Below, piece by piece: positions 16,952 to 27,056 of a DNA stretch of 64,000 nucleotides. The DNA is from a virus (Duplodnaviria; Heunggongvirae; Uroviricota; Caudoviricetes), in IMG/VR virus record IMGVR_UViG_3300032272_000001, positions 103,273 to 167,272 of that record. One strand, written 5' to 3'. Position numbers and translations under genes: made by a program. Below the pieces are notes generated by a model. That model searched no databases. It was not told where the DNA came from and saw only the letters and a program-made list of their open reading frames with translations. The first letter of the stretch is position 1. Each line of letters opens with the position of its first letter.

Positions 16952-17533
16952 ATGTCAGAATTTCATAGACACTCCAATGGTGGTGGATTAGTAGAGTCTA
17001 CTGCTAGTGTTGCTGATACTGCTTATATTGGACCTAATGCTGTAGTAGCTGGTAATGCTGTAGTAGAGGGCAATGCTATAGTAGATGGCAATGCTAAAGT
17101 ATTTGATAATGCTAGAGTAACTGGTCATGCTCTAGTATCTGGTAATGCTCAAATATTTGGTAATGCTCAATTATATGGTTATGCTATGGTATATGGTGAT
17201 GCTAAAGTATTTGATAAGGTTATAGTATCTGGTACTGCAAGAGTATTTGGTGATGCTGAAGTATATGATAATGCTGTAGTATCTGGTGATGCTGTAGTAT
17301 CTGGTGATGCTCTAGTATCAAAACCGTTTCCAAAAATTACTAGATCAGATGGATATGATTTTATTCTTGTACCAGATAAAGATGGTATTGATGTAATAAT
17401 TGCTGGTTGCAGATACTTTAGTATCGAAGAAGCAATTGAACATTGGACAGAAACAAGATATGGAACTAAATTAGGTGATGAAACTATGTTGATTATTGAA
17501 ACATTGCAGAAATTAAAGTCAATTATGGATTGA
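16952..17533 (+). CDS. Hexapeptide-repeat family paralog (193 aa)
   Basis: Same architecture. Confidence 0.75.
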   Translation: MSEFHRHSNGGGLVESTASVADTAYIGPNAVVAGNAVVEGNAIVDGNAKVFDNARVTGHALVSGNAQIFGNAQLYGYAMVYGDAKVFDKVIVSGTARVFGDAEVYDNAVVSGDAVVSGDALVSKPFPKITRSDGYDFILVPDKDGIDVIIAGCRYFSIEEAIEHWTETRYGTKLGDETMLIIETLQKLKSIMD

Positions 17534-17557
17534 CAACACCATAGATTGCTGTATGAT
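17530..17557 (+). promoter_or_regulatory. Early promoter module
   Basis: ttgacaacaccatagattgctgtatgat. Confidence 0.55.
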
Positions 17558-17585
17558 CCAGATATAGAAACAAAGGGAAAATGAT

Positions 17586-18221
17586 ATGTCAGGATTTCAT
17601 AGACATCCAAATGGTGGTGGTCTAGTAGAGTCTACTGCATATGTAGAAGATACTGCTTTTATTGGACCAGATGCTAGAGTAACTGGTGATGCTGAAGTAA
17701 CTGGTAATGCTCAAGTATTTGGTAATGCAAGAGTATCTGGTAATGCTAAAGTATTTGATAAGGTTATGGTATATGGTCATGCTTTAGTATCTGGTAATGC
17801 TATGGTATATGGTCATGCTTTAGTATCTGGTAATGCTATGATATCTGATAATGCTGAAGTATTTGATGATGCTAGAGTATATGGCTATGCTCATGTATTT
17901 GGTAATGCTCAAATATTTGGTAATGCTGTAATATTTGGTAATGTAAAAGTAGCTGGTAAAGCTGTAATATCTGGTAATGCAAGAGTATATGGTAATGCTG
18001 TAGTATCAAAACCATTTCCACGCATTCCTAGATCAGATGGATATGATTTTATTCTTGTACCTGATAAAGATGGTATTGATAGAATCATTGCTGGATGTAG
18101 ATATTTCACAGTCCCAGAAGCAATTGAACATTGGACAGAAACGAGATATGGAACCAAATTAGGAAGCGAGACTATGTTGATTATTGAAACATTGCAGAAA
18201 TTAAAGTCAATTATTGATTGA
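17586..18221 (+). CDS. Hexapeptide-repeat family paralog (211 aa)
   Basis: Same architecture. Confidence 0.75.
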   Translation: MSGFHRHPNGGGLVESTAYVEDTAFIGPDARVTGDAEVTGNAQVFGNARVSGNAKVFDKVMVYGHALVSGNAMVYGHALVSGNAMISDNAEVFDDARVYGYAHVFGNAQIFGNAVIFGNVKVAGKAVISGNARVYGNAVVSKPFPRIPRSDGYDFILVPDKDGIDRIIAGCRYFTVPEAIEHWTETRYGTKLGSETMLIIETLQKLKSIID

Positions 18222-18275
18222 CAACAACATAGAATCCACTATGATCAAGATATCAGATAACAAAGGGAACATACC

Positions 18276-18515
18276 ATGGATTTTGATGCTTTAAGAGAAT
18301 TAAAATCGGATTTGAATCATATTGTAACAAGATATGATCGTAAACAAGAAAATAAAAAATGTTATAATCATTATGCGCTTGGCATATATATGATTGCGGT
18401 TGATAATGCGATTAATGATATTGATAATGGTGCGAAGACAATTGATGCCATTAACAATAGATTCAATGACAGATTGCTTGCATTTATTTTGAAGAATTTA
18501 GATATAAAGGATTGA
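18276..18515 (+). CDS. hypothetical small protein (unrelated insert within the array)
   Basis: 79 aa; promoter module at 18228..18255. Confidence 0.5.
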   Translation: MDFDALRELKSDLNHIVTRYDRKQENKKCYNHYALGIYMIAVDNAINDIDNGAKTIDAINNRFNDRLLAFILKNLDIKD

Positions 18516-18521
18516 CATAAT

Positions 18522-19103
18522 ATGTCAGAATTTCATAAACATCCTAATGGTGGTGGATTAGTAGAGTCTACTGCAACAGTATCTGATACTGCTTATATTG
18601 GTCCTAATGCTGTAGTAGCTGGTAATGCTGCGGTACTTGGTAATGCTATAGTATCTAATAATGCTATAGTATCTAATAATGCAAGAGTATCTAATAATGC
18701 TCAAGTATATGGCGATGCTAAAGTGTCTGGTAATGCTCAAGTATTTGATAATGCTGAAGTATATGGTGATGCTCAAGTATTTGATAAGGTTATGGTATAT
18801 GGTACTGCTAGAGTATATGATAATGCTGTAGTATCTGGTAAAGCTGTAATATCTGGTGATGCTGTAGTATCTGGTGATGCTGTAGTATCAAAACCGTTTC
18901 CAAAAATTACTAGATCAGATGGATATGATTTTATTATTGTACCTGATTTATCTGGTAGTGATAGAATCATTGCTGGCTGTAGATATTTTAGTATCGAAGA
19001 AGCAATTGAACATTGGACAGAAACAAGATATGGAACTAAACTAGGCGATGAAACACTTGAAATTATTTCTATGCTACAGAAATTAAAGTCAATTATGGAT
19101 TGA
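18522..19103 (+). CDS. Hexapeptide-repeat family paralog (193 aa)
   Basis: Only a truncated upstream module survives here (ttgacataatATG). Confidence 0.75.
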   Translation: MSEFHKHPNGGGLVESTATVSDTAYIGPNAVVAGNAAVLGNAIVSNNAIVSNNARVSNNAQVYGDAKVSGNAQVFDNAEVYGDAQVFDKVMVYGTARVYDNAVVSGKAVISGDAVVSGDAVVSKPFPKITRSDGYDFIIVPDLSGSDRIIAGCRYFSIEEAIEHWTETRYGTKLGDETLEIISMLQKLKSIMD

Positions 19104-19158
19104 CATACCTCTAGAATCCACTATGATCAAGATATCAGATAACAAAGGAATAACTCAA

Positions 19159-19566
19159 ATGAAAAAATCAGATTTTGTTAGTGGTTTTATTGAGGCCGCA
19201 CTATGGTCATCTACATATGAACATGATGATTGCGAGGATTGTGTGGAAGGTTGTTGCAATCCCAATTGTGATGATGGCAAACATGAATTGTCACATAAAG
19301 CACGAAAAATGTTGACTGAGATTGCAGAAACATTTTTCGATAAGCACAATGCTCTATTCACTAATGATAATCTCATTCGACCATTAGTATGTTCTGTGTC
19401 CGAATACGCTGGCCATGATTTTTGGTTAACCAGCCAAGGACATGGTTGCGGGTTTTGGGATGGCGATTGGAATGAACCGGCTTCAACCATACTGACAGAG
19501 GCTAGCAAATGTGTAGGAGAAAAGCATTTTTATGTCAATTCTAATGGCGAATTTGATATAGAATAG
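19159..19566 (+). CDS. hypothetical Cys-rich protein (start at internal Met; the track ORF begins at 19123 inside the promoter)
   Basis: CEDCVEGCCNPNCDDGKHELSH motif; RBS aaaggaata. Confidence 0.5.
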   Translation: MKKSDFVSGFIEAALWSSTYEHDDCEDCVEGCCNPNCDDGKHELSHKARKMLTEIAETFFDKHNALFTNDNLIRPLVCSVSEYAGHDFWLTSQGHGCGFWDGDWNEPASTILTEASKCVGEKHFYVNSNGEFDIE

Positions 19567-19622
19567 TTGACATACATATAGAATCTGATATGATCCAGAT
19601 ATAGAAACAAAGGGAACATAAT

Positions 19623-20420
19623 ATGTCAGAATTTCATAAACATATCAATGGTGGTGGATTAGTAGAGTCTACTGCAACAGTTGCAGTATCTGCTTATATT
19701 GGACCTAATGCTAAAGTATTTGGTAATGCTAAAGTGTTTGGTTATGCTCTAGTATGTGATTATGCTGTAATATCTGGTGATGCTGTAATATCTGGTTATG
19801 CTAAAGTATATGATAATGCTGTAATATCTGGTGATGCTGTAGTATGTGATAATGCTAGAGTATCTGGCTATGCTCAAATATTTGGTAATGCTCAAGTATA
19901 TGGTAATGCTCTAGCATTTGATAAGGTTATGGTATATGGTGATGCAAGAGTATTTGGTAATGCTCAAGTATATGATGATGCTAGAGTATACAGCAATGCT
20001 AGAGTATCTGGTGATGCAAGAGTATTTGGTGATGCTGTAGTATTTGATAATGCTCTAGTATTTGATAAGGTTATGGTATATGGTACTGCAAGAGTATATG
20101 GTGATGCAAAAGTATATGATAATGCTATAGTAACTGGTAATGCTATAGTAACTGGTAATGCTATAGTATATGGCAATGTTCAAGTATCTGGTGATGCTAG
20201 AGTATCAAAACCATTTCCACAAATTAAAAGATCAGATAGATATGATTTCATTCTTGTGCCAGATAAAAATGGTACTGAAATAATAATTGCTGGTTGCAGA
20301 TACTTTACAGTTCCAGAAGCTATTGAACATTGGACAGAAACAAGAGGTGGAACCAAATTAGGTGATGAGACTATGCTGATTATCGAAACATTGCAGAAAT
20401 TAAAGTCAATTATTGATTGA
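19623..20420 (+). CDS. Hexapeptide-repeat family paralog (265 aa, the longest)
   Basis: About 28 repeats; promoter module at 19567..19594. Confidence 0.75.
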   Translation: MSEFHKHINGGGLVESTATVAVSAYIGPNAKVFGNAKVFGYALVCDYAVISGDAVISGYAKVYDNAVISGDAVVCDNARVSGYAQIFGNAQVYGNALAFDKVMVYGDARVFGNAQVYDDARVYSNARVSGDARVFGDAVVFDNALVFDKVMVYGTARVYGDAKVYDNAIVTGNAIVTGNAIVYGNVQVSGDARVSKPFPQIKRSDRYDFILVPDKNGTEIIIAGCRYFTVPEAIEHWTETRGGTKLGDETMLIIETLQKLKSIID

Positions 20421-20472
20421 CATCACTCTAGAATCTGATATAATCAAGATATAGAAACAAAGGGAACGTACA

Positions 20473-20673
20473 ATGTCTAATATGTCATACTGCCGTTGGG
20501 AAAATACCTCAAAAGATCTAATGGATTGTGTTGAAGATTTTGGAGAATTTGTTGAAGATGGCGGAACACTTGATGAATATCTTGAAAAGCTATCATCAAG
20601 CGAACGGCGCGCATTTAATAAGATCATAAACGAGTGTAATTTGTTTATGTCACTATACGAAGATTCTGAATAA
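20473..20673 (+). CDS. hypothetical small acidic protein
   Basis: 66 aa; promoter module at about 20417. Confidence 0.5.
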   Translation: MSNMSYCRWENTSKDLMDCVEDFGEFVEDGGTLDEYLEKLSSSERRAFNKIINECNLFMSLYEDSE

Positions 20674-20704
20674 ATATCGCCGCGTAACTATTCAAGGGGA
20701 TGTA

Positions 20705-21025
20705 ATGACTTGTATCTTGAAACCAATGATAAGAGATTTGAAAATACATGCAAAATACAATGGTATTAAGATCAATGAAACATCACTGAAAGGAGCGATT
20801 GCCTTTCTTGAGAAGAATGAATTGATTCATGCTCCAACATTATTTGTTTCTGATAATGGCGTTTTGACTTTACAGTGGGATAATAAGCAATTATATTTCA
20901 CAGTAGAGTTTAAGGATGATCAATTCACATATGATTGTCATGTTTATAATAGCAACATCAAAGGAACCGGAACTACTAGACGACTAGCAGATATCACGAA
21001 AATAGTCAAAACAATAAGGATATAA
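20705..21025 (+). CDS. hypothetical protein, third member of the small paralog family (14950, 15288)
   Basis: INETSLKGAIAFL...DNGVLTLQWDNKQLYF is similar to the two minus-strand paralogs. Confidence 0.5.
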   Translation: MTCILKPMIRDLKIHAKYNGIKINETSLKGAIAFLEKNELIHAPTLFVSDNGVLTLQWDNKQLYFTVEFKDDQFTYDCHVYNSNIKGTGTTRRLADITKIVKTIRI

Positions 21026-21249
21026 TGATGTTAGAGAAACAATATGTTACACATATTGATGAAGTTTCGTATAGGATAAGAGCAAATCCAGATGCGCTGC
21101 CGAGCCATACTGCGCAGTATGGCATTGTTCTGGAATATAAGAATGCTGATCAACAGGAATGGAATATCGGAATTTTCATTGAACCAGAAGCTATCAGTGA
21201 TATCATTGAAGCAATGGTTCTATTAATTGGCGATAAGAAAGAAAACTGA
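21025..21249 (+). CDS. hypothetical protein
   Basis: 74 aa; its ATG overlaps the upstream stop. Confidence 0.45.
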   Translation: MMLEKQYVTHIDEVSYRIRANPDALPSHTAQYGIVLEYKNADQQEWNIGIFIEPEAISDIIEAMVLLIGDKKEN

Positions 21250-21306
21250 TTGACATACCACTAGAATCTGCTATGATTAGATCATCGACAACAAAGGAAC
21301 ATTATT

Positions 21307-21648
21307 ATGAAGCCCATTAGTAAAGTTATCATGCTTTCAGATGAACGTAATGGTATCGCAGCACCGAAAAAAGCAATGGGTTGTATTGATTGGTCGGATA
21401 TCAATATCGTGAATCTTAAAGAAACACTTACCAAAGATATTCTTATTGTTTCTACGTTTAATATTAATTGCGATGGTGCTGATTCGGAATCGTATTGGGA
21501 ATCATGGCAGTATATTTGCGAGAATGCCGTTCTGGAATATAAACCAACCGGACAAAGATTCACTGTATATCAGGATGGTGATGTTTGGTTGATTGATCAG
21601 ACCGCAGTAGTTGGTATTGATCACGAATTGTGGGAATCTGACGATTAA
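21307..21648 (+). CDS. hypothetical protein
   Basis: 113 aa; promoter module at about 21247. Confidence 0.5.
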   Translation: MKPISKVIMLSDERNGIAAPKKAMGCIDWSDINIVNLKETLTKDILIVSTFNINCDGADSESYWESWQYICENAVLEYKPTGQRFTVYQDGDVWLIDQTAVVGIDHELWESDD

Positions 21649-21663
21649 ACCGAAAGGAATGAT

Positions 21664-21912
21664 GTGATGTTTGCAGTAATTCAATATGGATATAATATTT
21701 GTGGCGTTGGAGAAGATGAAGATTCTGCCTTAGAAATGGCTGCGGAATATTGTGATTTGCCAGATAACATAAAAACAATGCCAATGACAGATGGTGATAT
21801 TATTATCGTTGGAGCAACCAAAGAATTGTGTGATCATGTTATAAAATGTGGTGGTGATGTGAAATACACTATTAGTGGTGGTGTTGCTGATATTTGTTTG
21901 ACGCCAGAATAG
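21664..21912 (+). CDS. hypothetical protein
   Basis: 82 aa. Confidence 0.45.
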   Translation: MMFAVIQYGYNICGVGEDEDSALEMAAEYCDLPDNIKTMPMTDGDIIIVGATKELCDHVIKCGGDVKYTISGGVADICLTPE

Positions 21913-21952
21913 AATCTGCTATAATCAGAATATAGAAACAGAAAGAAACACA

Positions 21953-22375
21953 ATGTCTTATTGGTCAAATACAGGCAAATATCAAAAAGAATATTTCAAT
22001 TTTTATGATGAATTGGTTCCCTCTAGAGGAAAAGCAGAATTGCTTGGCGGGGAAATTTTGCGAGCCGTTTCTAAAATTTCATATGATTATTATAACAATG
22101 GGAGTTGCAATAATACGTCTGGGGCATGGAATTTTCTTAACGAATTTTTTATGTGTCGTGTTCCTGATAAAGATATGATAGAAGCGCTGAACTGCCTAGA
22201 TTCTATCAAACATATCGTCAACACTGGCGGATATTCTGATTTGACGGATAACCAAGAAGAAAAATTGAATCGTCTAACTGATCTTGTGGTTGAATTTATT
22301 ATGAATCATCCTGAAGCAAGATATTGTAATGATAGAGATATGTTTGATCTACAGGATGCAGATGATTGGATTTGA
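21953..22375 (+). CDS. hypothetical protein
   Basis: 140 aa. Confidence 0.5.
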   Translation: MSYWSNTGKYQKEYFNFYDELVPSRGKAELLGGEILRAVSKISYDYYNNGSCNNTSGAWNFLNEFFMCRVPDKDMIEALNCLDSIKHIVNTGGYSDLTDNQEEKLNRLTDLVVEFIMNHPEARYCNDRDMFDLQDADDWI

Positions 22376-22443
22376 AGTAATTATTGATTGACAACACCAT
22401 AGATTGTTATATGATAAAGATATAGAAACAAAAGGAACATGAT

Positions 22444-23025
22444 ATGTCAGAATTTCATAAACACTCCAATGGTGGTGGATTAGTAGAGTCTACTGCAACA
22501 GTATCTGATACTGCTTATATTGGACCTAATGCTAGAGTATCTGGCTATGCTCAAGTATTTGGTAATGCTAGAGTATCTGGTTATGCTAGAGTATTTGGTA
22601 ATGCTCTAGTATTTGGTAATGCTATAGTATCTGATGATGCTGTAGTATCTGGTACTGCTAGAGTATATGGTGATGCTCAAGTATATGATGATGCTATAGT
22701 ATGTGATGATGCAAGAGTATATGGTTATGCTGTAATATCTGGTTGTGCTCAAGTATATGGTAATGCTGTAATATCTGGCAATGCTAGAGTATATGGTGAT
22801 GCAAGAGTATCAAAACCGTTTCCACAAATTAAAAGATCAGATAGCTATGATTTTATTCTTGTACCAGATAAAGATGGTATTGATGTAATAATTGCTGGAT
22901 GTAGATATTTCACAGTCACAGCAGCAATTGGACATTGGACAGAAACAAGAGGTGGAACCAAATTAGGTGATGAAACCTTAAAAATTATTGATATGTTACA
23001 AGAATTAAAGTCAATTATGGATTGA
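22444..23025 (+). CDS. Hexapeptide-repeat family paralog (193 aa)
   Basis: Same architecture; promoter module at about 22387. Confidence 0.75.
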   Translation: MSEFHKHSNGGGLVESTATVSDTAYIGPNARVSGYAQVFGNARVSGYARVFGNALVFGNAIVSDDAVVSGTARVYGDAQVYDDAIVCDDARVYGYAVISGCAQVYGNAVISGNARVYGDARVSKPFPQIKRSDSYDFILVPDKDGIDVIIAGCRYFTVTAAIGHWTETRGGTKLGDETLKIIDMLQELKSIMD

Positions 23026-23080
23026 CAACACCATAGATTGCTGTATGATACAAGATATCAGATAACAAAGGAATGATACA

Positions 23081-23806
23081 ATGTCAGAATTTCATAACCA
23101 CTCCAATGGTGGTGGTCTTGTTGCAGATACTGCAAGAGTATCTGATACTGCTTATATTGGTCCATCTGCTAGAGTATTTGATAATGCTGTAGTATGTGAT
23201 AATGCTAAAGTATATGGTAATGCTGTAGTATTTGATTATGCTAAAGTATTTGATTATGCTAAAGTATATGGTAATGCTAAAGTATATGGTAATGCTGAAG
23301 TATTTGGTAATGCTCTAGTATGTGGTAATGCTGTAGTATATGGTAATGCTGTAGTATATGATAATGCTCAAGTATGTGATCATGTAAGAGTATCTGGTCA
23401 TGCAAGAGTATATGGTAATGCTGTAGTATACAGCAATGCTGCATTATCTGATAATGCTCTAGTATTTGGTAATGCTCAAGTATGTGATCATGCTAGAGTA
23501 TATGGTAATGCTATAGTATGTGATAATGCAAGAGTATTTGATAATGCAAGAGTATCTGGTAATGCTGTAGTATCTGGTGATGTAAGAGTATCAAAACCAT
23601 TTCCACAAATTAAAAGATCAGATAGATATGATTTTATTCTTGTGCCAGATAAAAATGGAGTCGATAGAATCATTGCTGGTTGCAGGTATTTCACAGTCCC
23701 AGAAGCAATTGGACATTGGACAAAAACAAGATATGGAACTAAATTAGGTGATGAAACACTTGAAATTATTTCTATGCTACAGAAATTAAAGTCAATTATG
23801 GATTGA
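23081..23806 (+). CDS. Hexapeptide-repeat family paralog (241 aa)
   Basis: Same architecture; promoter module at about 23024. Confidence 0.75.
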   Translation: MSEFHNHSNGGGLVADTARVSDTAYIGPSARVFDNAVVCDNAKVYGNAVVFDYAKVFDYAKVYGNAKVYGNAEVFGNALVCGNAVVYGNAVVYDNAQVCDHVRVSGHARVYGNAVVYSNAALSDNALVFGNAQVCDHARVYGNAIVCDNARVFDNARVSGNAVVSGDVRVSKPFPQIKRSDRYDFILVPDKNGVDRIIAGCRYFTVPEAIGHWTKTRYGTKLGDETLEIISMLQKLKSIMD

Positions 23807-23861
23807 CAACACCATAGATTGCTGTATGATACAAGATATCAAACAACAGAGGAATGATGTA

Positions 23862-24386
23862 ATGAACAAAATTGAAGACGCTCCAATCGATACTCCACTT
23901 CTTGTGTGGGTAAATGATTTTGGACCTCATAAAAAGCCGTGTGGTTGGATGAGTGGATGTTGTCTTGAAAATGTAAATGGTGATAGGCGATTGGTCGCGA
24001 ACGGGCTTCTTGGTGATTGGGATATCTCAACATGGCATGAATACCCAGACGATCCAAGCAAAGAAGAAAAAACCAAAAAACCAGTCGATATTCATGTATG
24101 GGTTAAGCATATCGAAAATAAAATCAATGAATACAATGAAGAATGTGGTTATAATTGGAAGATTTTTTTGAAGGTATTGAGCGGAAGAAAATACCATAAG
24201 ATCGTGACTGGGCGCGTGGGTACTGGCGATAGTAGTGTTTATTGCTTTGTTGAAAAGGAAACAGGCGATATCTACAAATCAGCATCATATAAAGCTCCGG
24301 CAAAGCATGTCAGAGGCAACATAGCCGATCATGATGGCGGTTGGGGATCATGCCTAAATTCTTATGGTGCTGCCTATTTGAGATAG
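23862..24386 (+). CDS. hypothetical protein (start at internal Met; the track ORF begins at 23826 inside the promoter)
   Basis: 174 aa; promoter module at about 23797. Confidence 0.5.
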   Translation: MNKIEDAPIDTPLLVWVNDFGPHKKPCGWMSGCCLENVNGDRRLVANGLLGDWDISTWHEYPDDPSKEEKTKKPVDIHVWVKHIENKINEYNEECGYNWKIFLKVLSGRKYHKIVTGRVGTGDSSVYCFVEKETGDIYKSASYKAPAKHVRGNIADHDGGWGSCLNSYGAAYLR

Positions 24387-24446
24387 GTGTTGACAACAAC
24401 ATAGAATCTGCTATGTTCAGAATATAGAAACACAGAGGAACACACA

Positions 24447-24704
24447 ATGGCTAAGAAAACTGATCTTGAATTTATTACAGATGGTTATTATGTTACTCTG
24501 TTCGCCAATACAGAAGGCGGTGAATATATTTGGAATGAAATCGCAGAAGCATTCGATGGCTATGCTAGATTTCCTGATCATATGTTTGCAAGCATCAAAT
24601 ACCAAATCAAAAAAGCTGGATATACTATCCGCCAATCACGTAAACCAAGTGAAAATAGCATCAAAAAATTGATGGAAGACTTAGAAAAAAGTAGATTGGT
24701 ATAA
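24447..24704 (+). CDS. hypothetical protein
   Basis: 85 aa; promoter ttgacaacaacatagaatctgctatgtt upstream. Confidence 0.5.
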   Translation: MAKKTDLEFITDGYYVTLFANTEGGEYIWNEIAEAFDGYARFPDHMFASIKYQIKKAGYTIRQSRKPSENSIKKLMEDLEKSRLV

Positions 24705-24708
24705 TAGA

Positions 24709-25017
24709 ATGAACACCTTAGTTAAAAATATGCGCAAAAAAGTTGAAGAGCTTGAAGACAAAATCATCGAACATCGATTAAAAATTACTGATATCTATAG
24801 AGAGATTGAAAACCTAGAAGAATTGATTGACGAACAGGAAGATGTTAATCACAAACGATGGTGGTTATTTTCTGGCGCTACAAAAAACAATCCTAATAAT
24901 TATGTTTTTATTGATAGCTATGAAACTTATGATGAACTCATTCAAGCCAAAAAAACCATTGATTGTTGTTGGTTTGACGTGTATGATAATGAAAAGTTTT
25001 CGATGGATAGAATTTAA
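24709..25017 (+). CDS. hypothetical coiled-coil protein
   Basis: 102 aa with a heptad-like EEL/EDK-rich N-terminus. Confidence 0.45.
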   Translation: MNTLVKNMRKKVEELEDKIIEHRLKITDIYREIENLEELIDEQEDVNHKRWWLFSGATKNNPNNYVFIDSYETYDELIQAKKTIDCCWFDVYDNEKFSMDRI

Positions 25018-25035
25018 TAACCAAAGGAATATATT

Positions 25036-25434
25036 ATGTCAGTACAAAAACTATTTGAAGATGCCATTATTCCTGTTATTGAACAAGGAGGACCGTCATA
25101 TTTTAGGGTATTTATCAATTCATGCAGATACCGTGGTCCTAATGGAAGAAAATGTGCTATCGGTCATTTGATTCCAGACGAACTATATAATGAAAAAATT
25201 GAAGACAAAAGGGCATTTATGCTGCCTGCTAATATTAAAAATTATATCATATTAAAATATGATTTGGAAGATGAAGATATTATTGATTATGTTCAAAAGA
25301 TTCATGATGACTTGACTAATAATAATAATGAAATCATTCATGATAATGTTTTCTTACATGATTTCATCAAAAAAGCATATGAAGGCTGTAAAAATCATAA
25401 CGTAAATCCATCATTTTTAGACAAATACACTTGA
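25036..25434 (+). CDS. hypothetical protein
   Basis: 132 aa. Confidence 0.5.
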   Translation: MSVQKLFEDAIIPVIEQGGPSYFRVFINSCRYRGPNGRKCAIGHLIPDELYNEKIEDKRAFMLPANIKNYIILKYDLEDEDIIDYVQKIHDDLTNNNNEIIHDNVFLHDFIKKAYEGCKNHNVNPSFLDKYT

Positions 25435-25467
25435 CATACATGTAGATTCATCTAAGATATAATTATC
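25411..25467 (+). repeat. 57-bp perfect direct repeat, copy 1 (contains an early promoter ttgacatacatgtagattcatctaagatataat)
   Basis: Identical to 25921..25977. Confidence 0.8.
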
Positions 25468-25487
25468 AAAACAAATGGACCATTCAA

Positions 25488-25745
25488 ATGACGAAACATG
25501 TTGATATTGAGGTTGAATTTGATGTGGATGTTGAAGCGGTAGACGATTTCGTGCGTTTTGCGGCGAATTGTAGGATTTTCGCGAAAGTTCATCGAATTCA
25601 CGGTTCCGAAATTCCTGTTGTCACGTTGCGCGCATCGCCCGAAAAATTGATTGACTTTTCGATAAACGTTTGGCGTGTTAATGCCGATGGCGACAAATCG
25701 CGCGCAGTAGATTTTTGCGCGATACATCCGCTTCGATCCCGTTAG
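25488..25745 (+). CDS. hypothetical protein inside the repeat-bracketed GC-richer cassette
   Basis: 85 aa. The local GC is clearly higher than in the flanks (many gcgcg/cgcc runs). Confidence 0.45.
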   Translation: MTKHVDIEVEFDVDVEAVDDFVRFAANCRIFAKVHRIHGSEIPVVTLRASPEKLIDFSINVWRVNADGDKSRAVDFCAIHPLRSR

Positions 25746-25920
25746 TGGAAGCGCAAAAGTATTTTAATCACAAAAGAAATGGTCCGTGTGACTGTTTCTT
25801 TTAAAAGGACCAAAGTCTAATTGGAGGGAAGACCTCTAGAAAAGTATCTAAGCAGAGATAGGTTTAAAACTTGAATCACATCCATGATTGAAACTTATTT
25901 TTGTTGCAATGTCTTTCCAT

Positions 25921-25977
25921 TTTAGACAAATACACTTGACATACATGTAGATTCATCTAAGATATAATTATCAAAAC
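25921..25977 (+). repeat. 57-bp perfect direct repeat, copy 2 (promoter for 25991..26359)
   Basis: Identical to 25411..25467. Confidence 0.8.
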
Positions 25978-25990
25978 AGAGGAACATACA

Positions 25991-26359
25991 ATGTACACAG
26001 TAATGACAGCAAAAACACCAACACAACGCCGCAATGCAGTAAATCTATCAAATGCTTCTGGTAATGTTAGACGATCATTAGCATTTAAAGATGAAGGTTT
26101 AAATGGGCCGATTGAATCTGAATTGAATAAAGGTGGATTGGTTTCTGCTATTAAAGAAGCATTAGAAACTAATCGCGTTAAGCGAGTATCTATTGCTATT
26201 GTTGATACTGATATCGGCACGGCGGTTTGGGTTTCTCCATTGAATATGGACCAATCATATAAAGTCGATTTTGTTATGGATTATATTGGTTTTAAAACAC
26301 CAAACGGATTTCATTGGTATCTGTTAGATGATATGAAAAAAGAAGGGTTTTCGCTATGA
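25991..26359 (+). CDS. hypothetical protein
   Basis: 122 aa. Confidence 0.5.
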   Translation: MYTVMTAKTPTQRRNAVNLSNASGNVRRSLAFKDEGLNGPIESELNKGGLVSAIKEALETNRVKRVSIAIVDTDIGTAVWVSPLNMDQSYKVDFVMDYIGFKTPNGFHWYLLDDMKKEGFSL

Positions 26360-26547
26360 ACGAATCATTTGAATTAGAAAGGAAGATTGACGAACTATGG
26401 TTTGCAGCAAATATTCATAGTTTGGAAATGATGGGTGAATTTGTTGATCATGAAATTGATCATGGAACAGAAAAAGTACCAGATCGACCAAAAGATAAAA
26501 TCGAAACGATTCAAAAAATCATTCAATATCTAAAGGAATCTATCTAA
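26356..26547 (+). CDS. hypothetical small protein
   Basis: 63 aa; ATGA overlap. Confidence 0.45.
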   Translation: MNESFELERKIDELWFAANIHSLEMMGEFVDHEIDHGTEKVPDRPKDKIETIQKIIQYLKESI

Positions 26548-26762
26548 TGGGTAAAATTTCAGAAAATTGTGCAGACGATATCATTAGAACAAGTGTGGGA
26601 ACAACCAACATTCCACATCCTAGTAAAGACGGCATGAGAATTGTTGGTTGGGTTGTTCCTGAAAAGGAAGCTCAGCTTAGCGTTGGTTTAATCGCCCTAG
26701 ATGATATTGCAGAATGTTGGAAAAAATCAAGAAAACCAAAATATTTTAGAGACAATTATTGA
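26547..26762 (+). CDS. hypothetical small protein
   Basis: 71 aa. Confidence 0.45.
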   Translation: MGKISENCADDIIRTSVGTTNIPHPSKDGMRIVGWVVPEKEAQLSVGLIALDDIAECWKKSRKPKYFRDNY

Positions 26763-26834
26763 TTGACAACACCATTATGTATAACAAACTTCCTGCTAAA
26801 GGCGCTCCACTTTAATCCAATTTATGGAAAGATC

Positions 26835-27044
26835 ATGACAAAAAAAGTTTATTTAGTAGATACATCATATGGTCAAACTATCAGATGCTATGATGAAAAA
26901 AATCATTACGAACAATGTTGTTATGAAATTGGTAATGAAAACATTGTTCGTATTAGTTTGGCAACTATAGCTGATATATCTTGGACTATAGCTATGGGAG
27001 GAAGAGTCCCAATAGAAGCACAAAAAATGTATGATGAAAGATAA
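26835..27044 (+). CDS. hypothetical small protein (start at internal Met, after the promoter module at 26763)
   Basis: MTKKVYLVDTSYGQTIRCYDEKNHYEQCCYEIG... Confidence 0.45.
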   Translation: MTKKVYLVDTSYGQTIRCYDEKNHYEQCCYEIGNENIVRISLATIADISWTIAMGGRVPIEAQKMYDER

Positions 27045-27056
27045 CAGGAAAATAAA

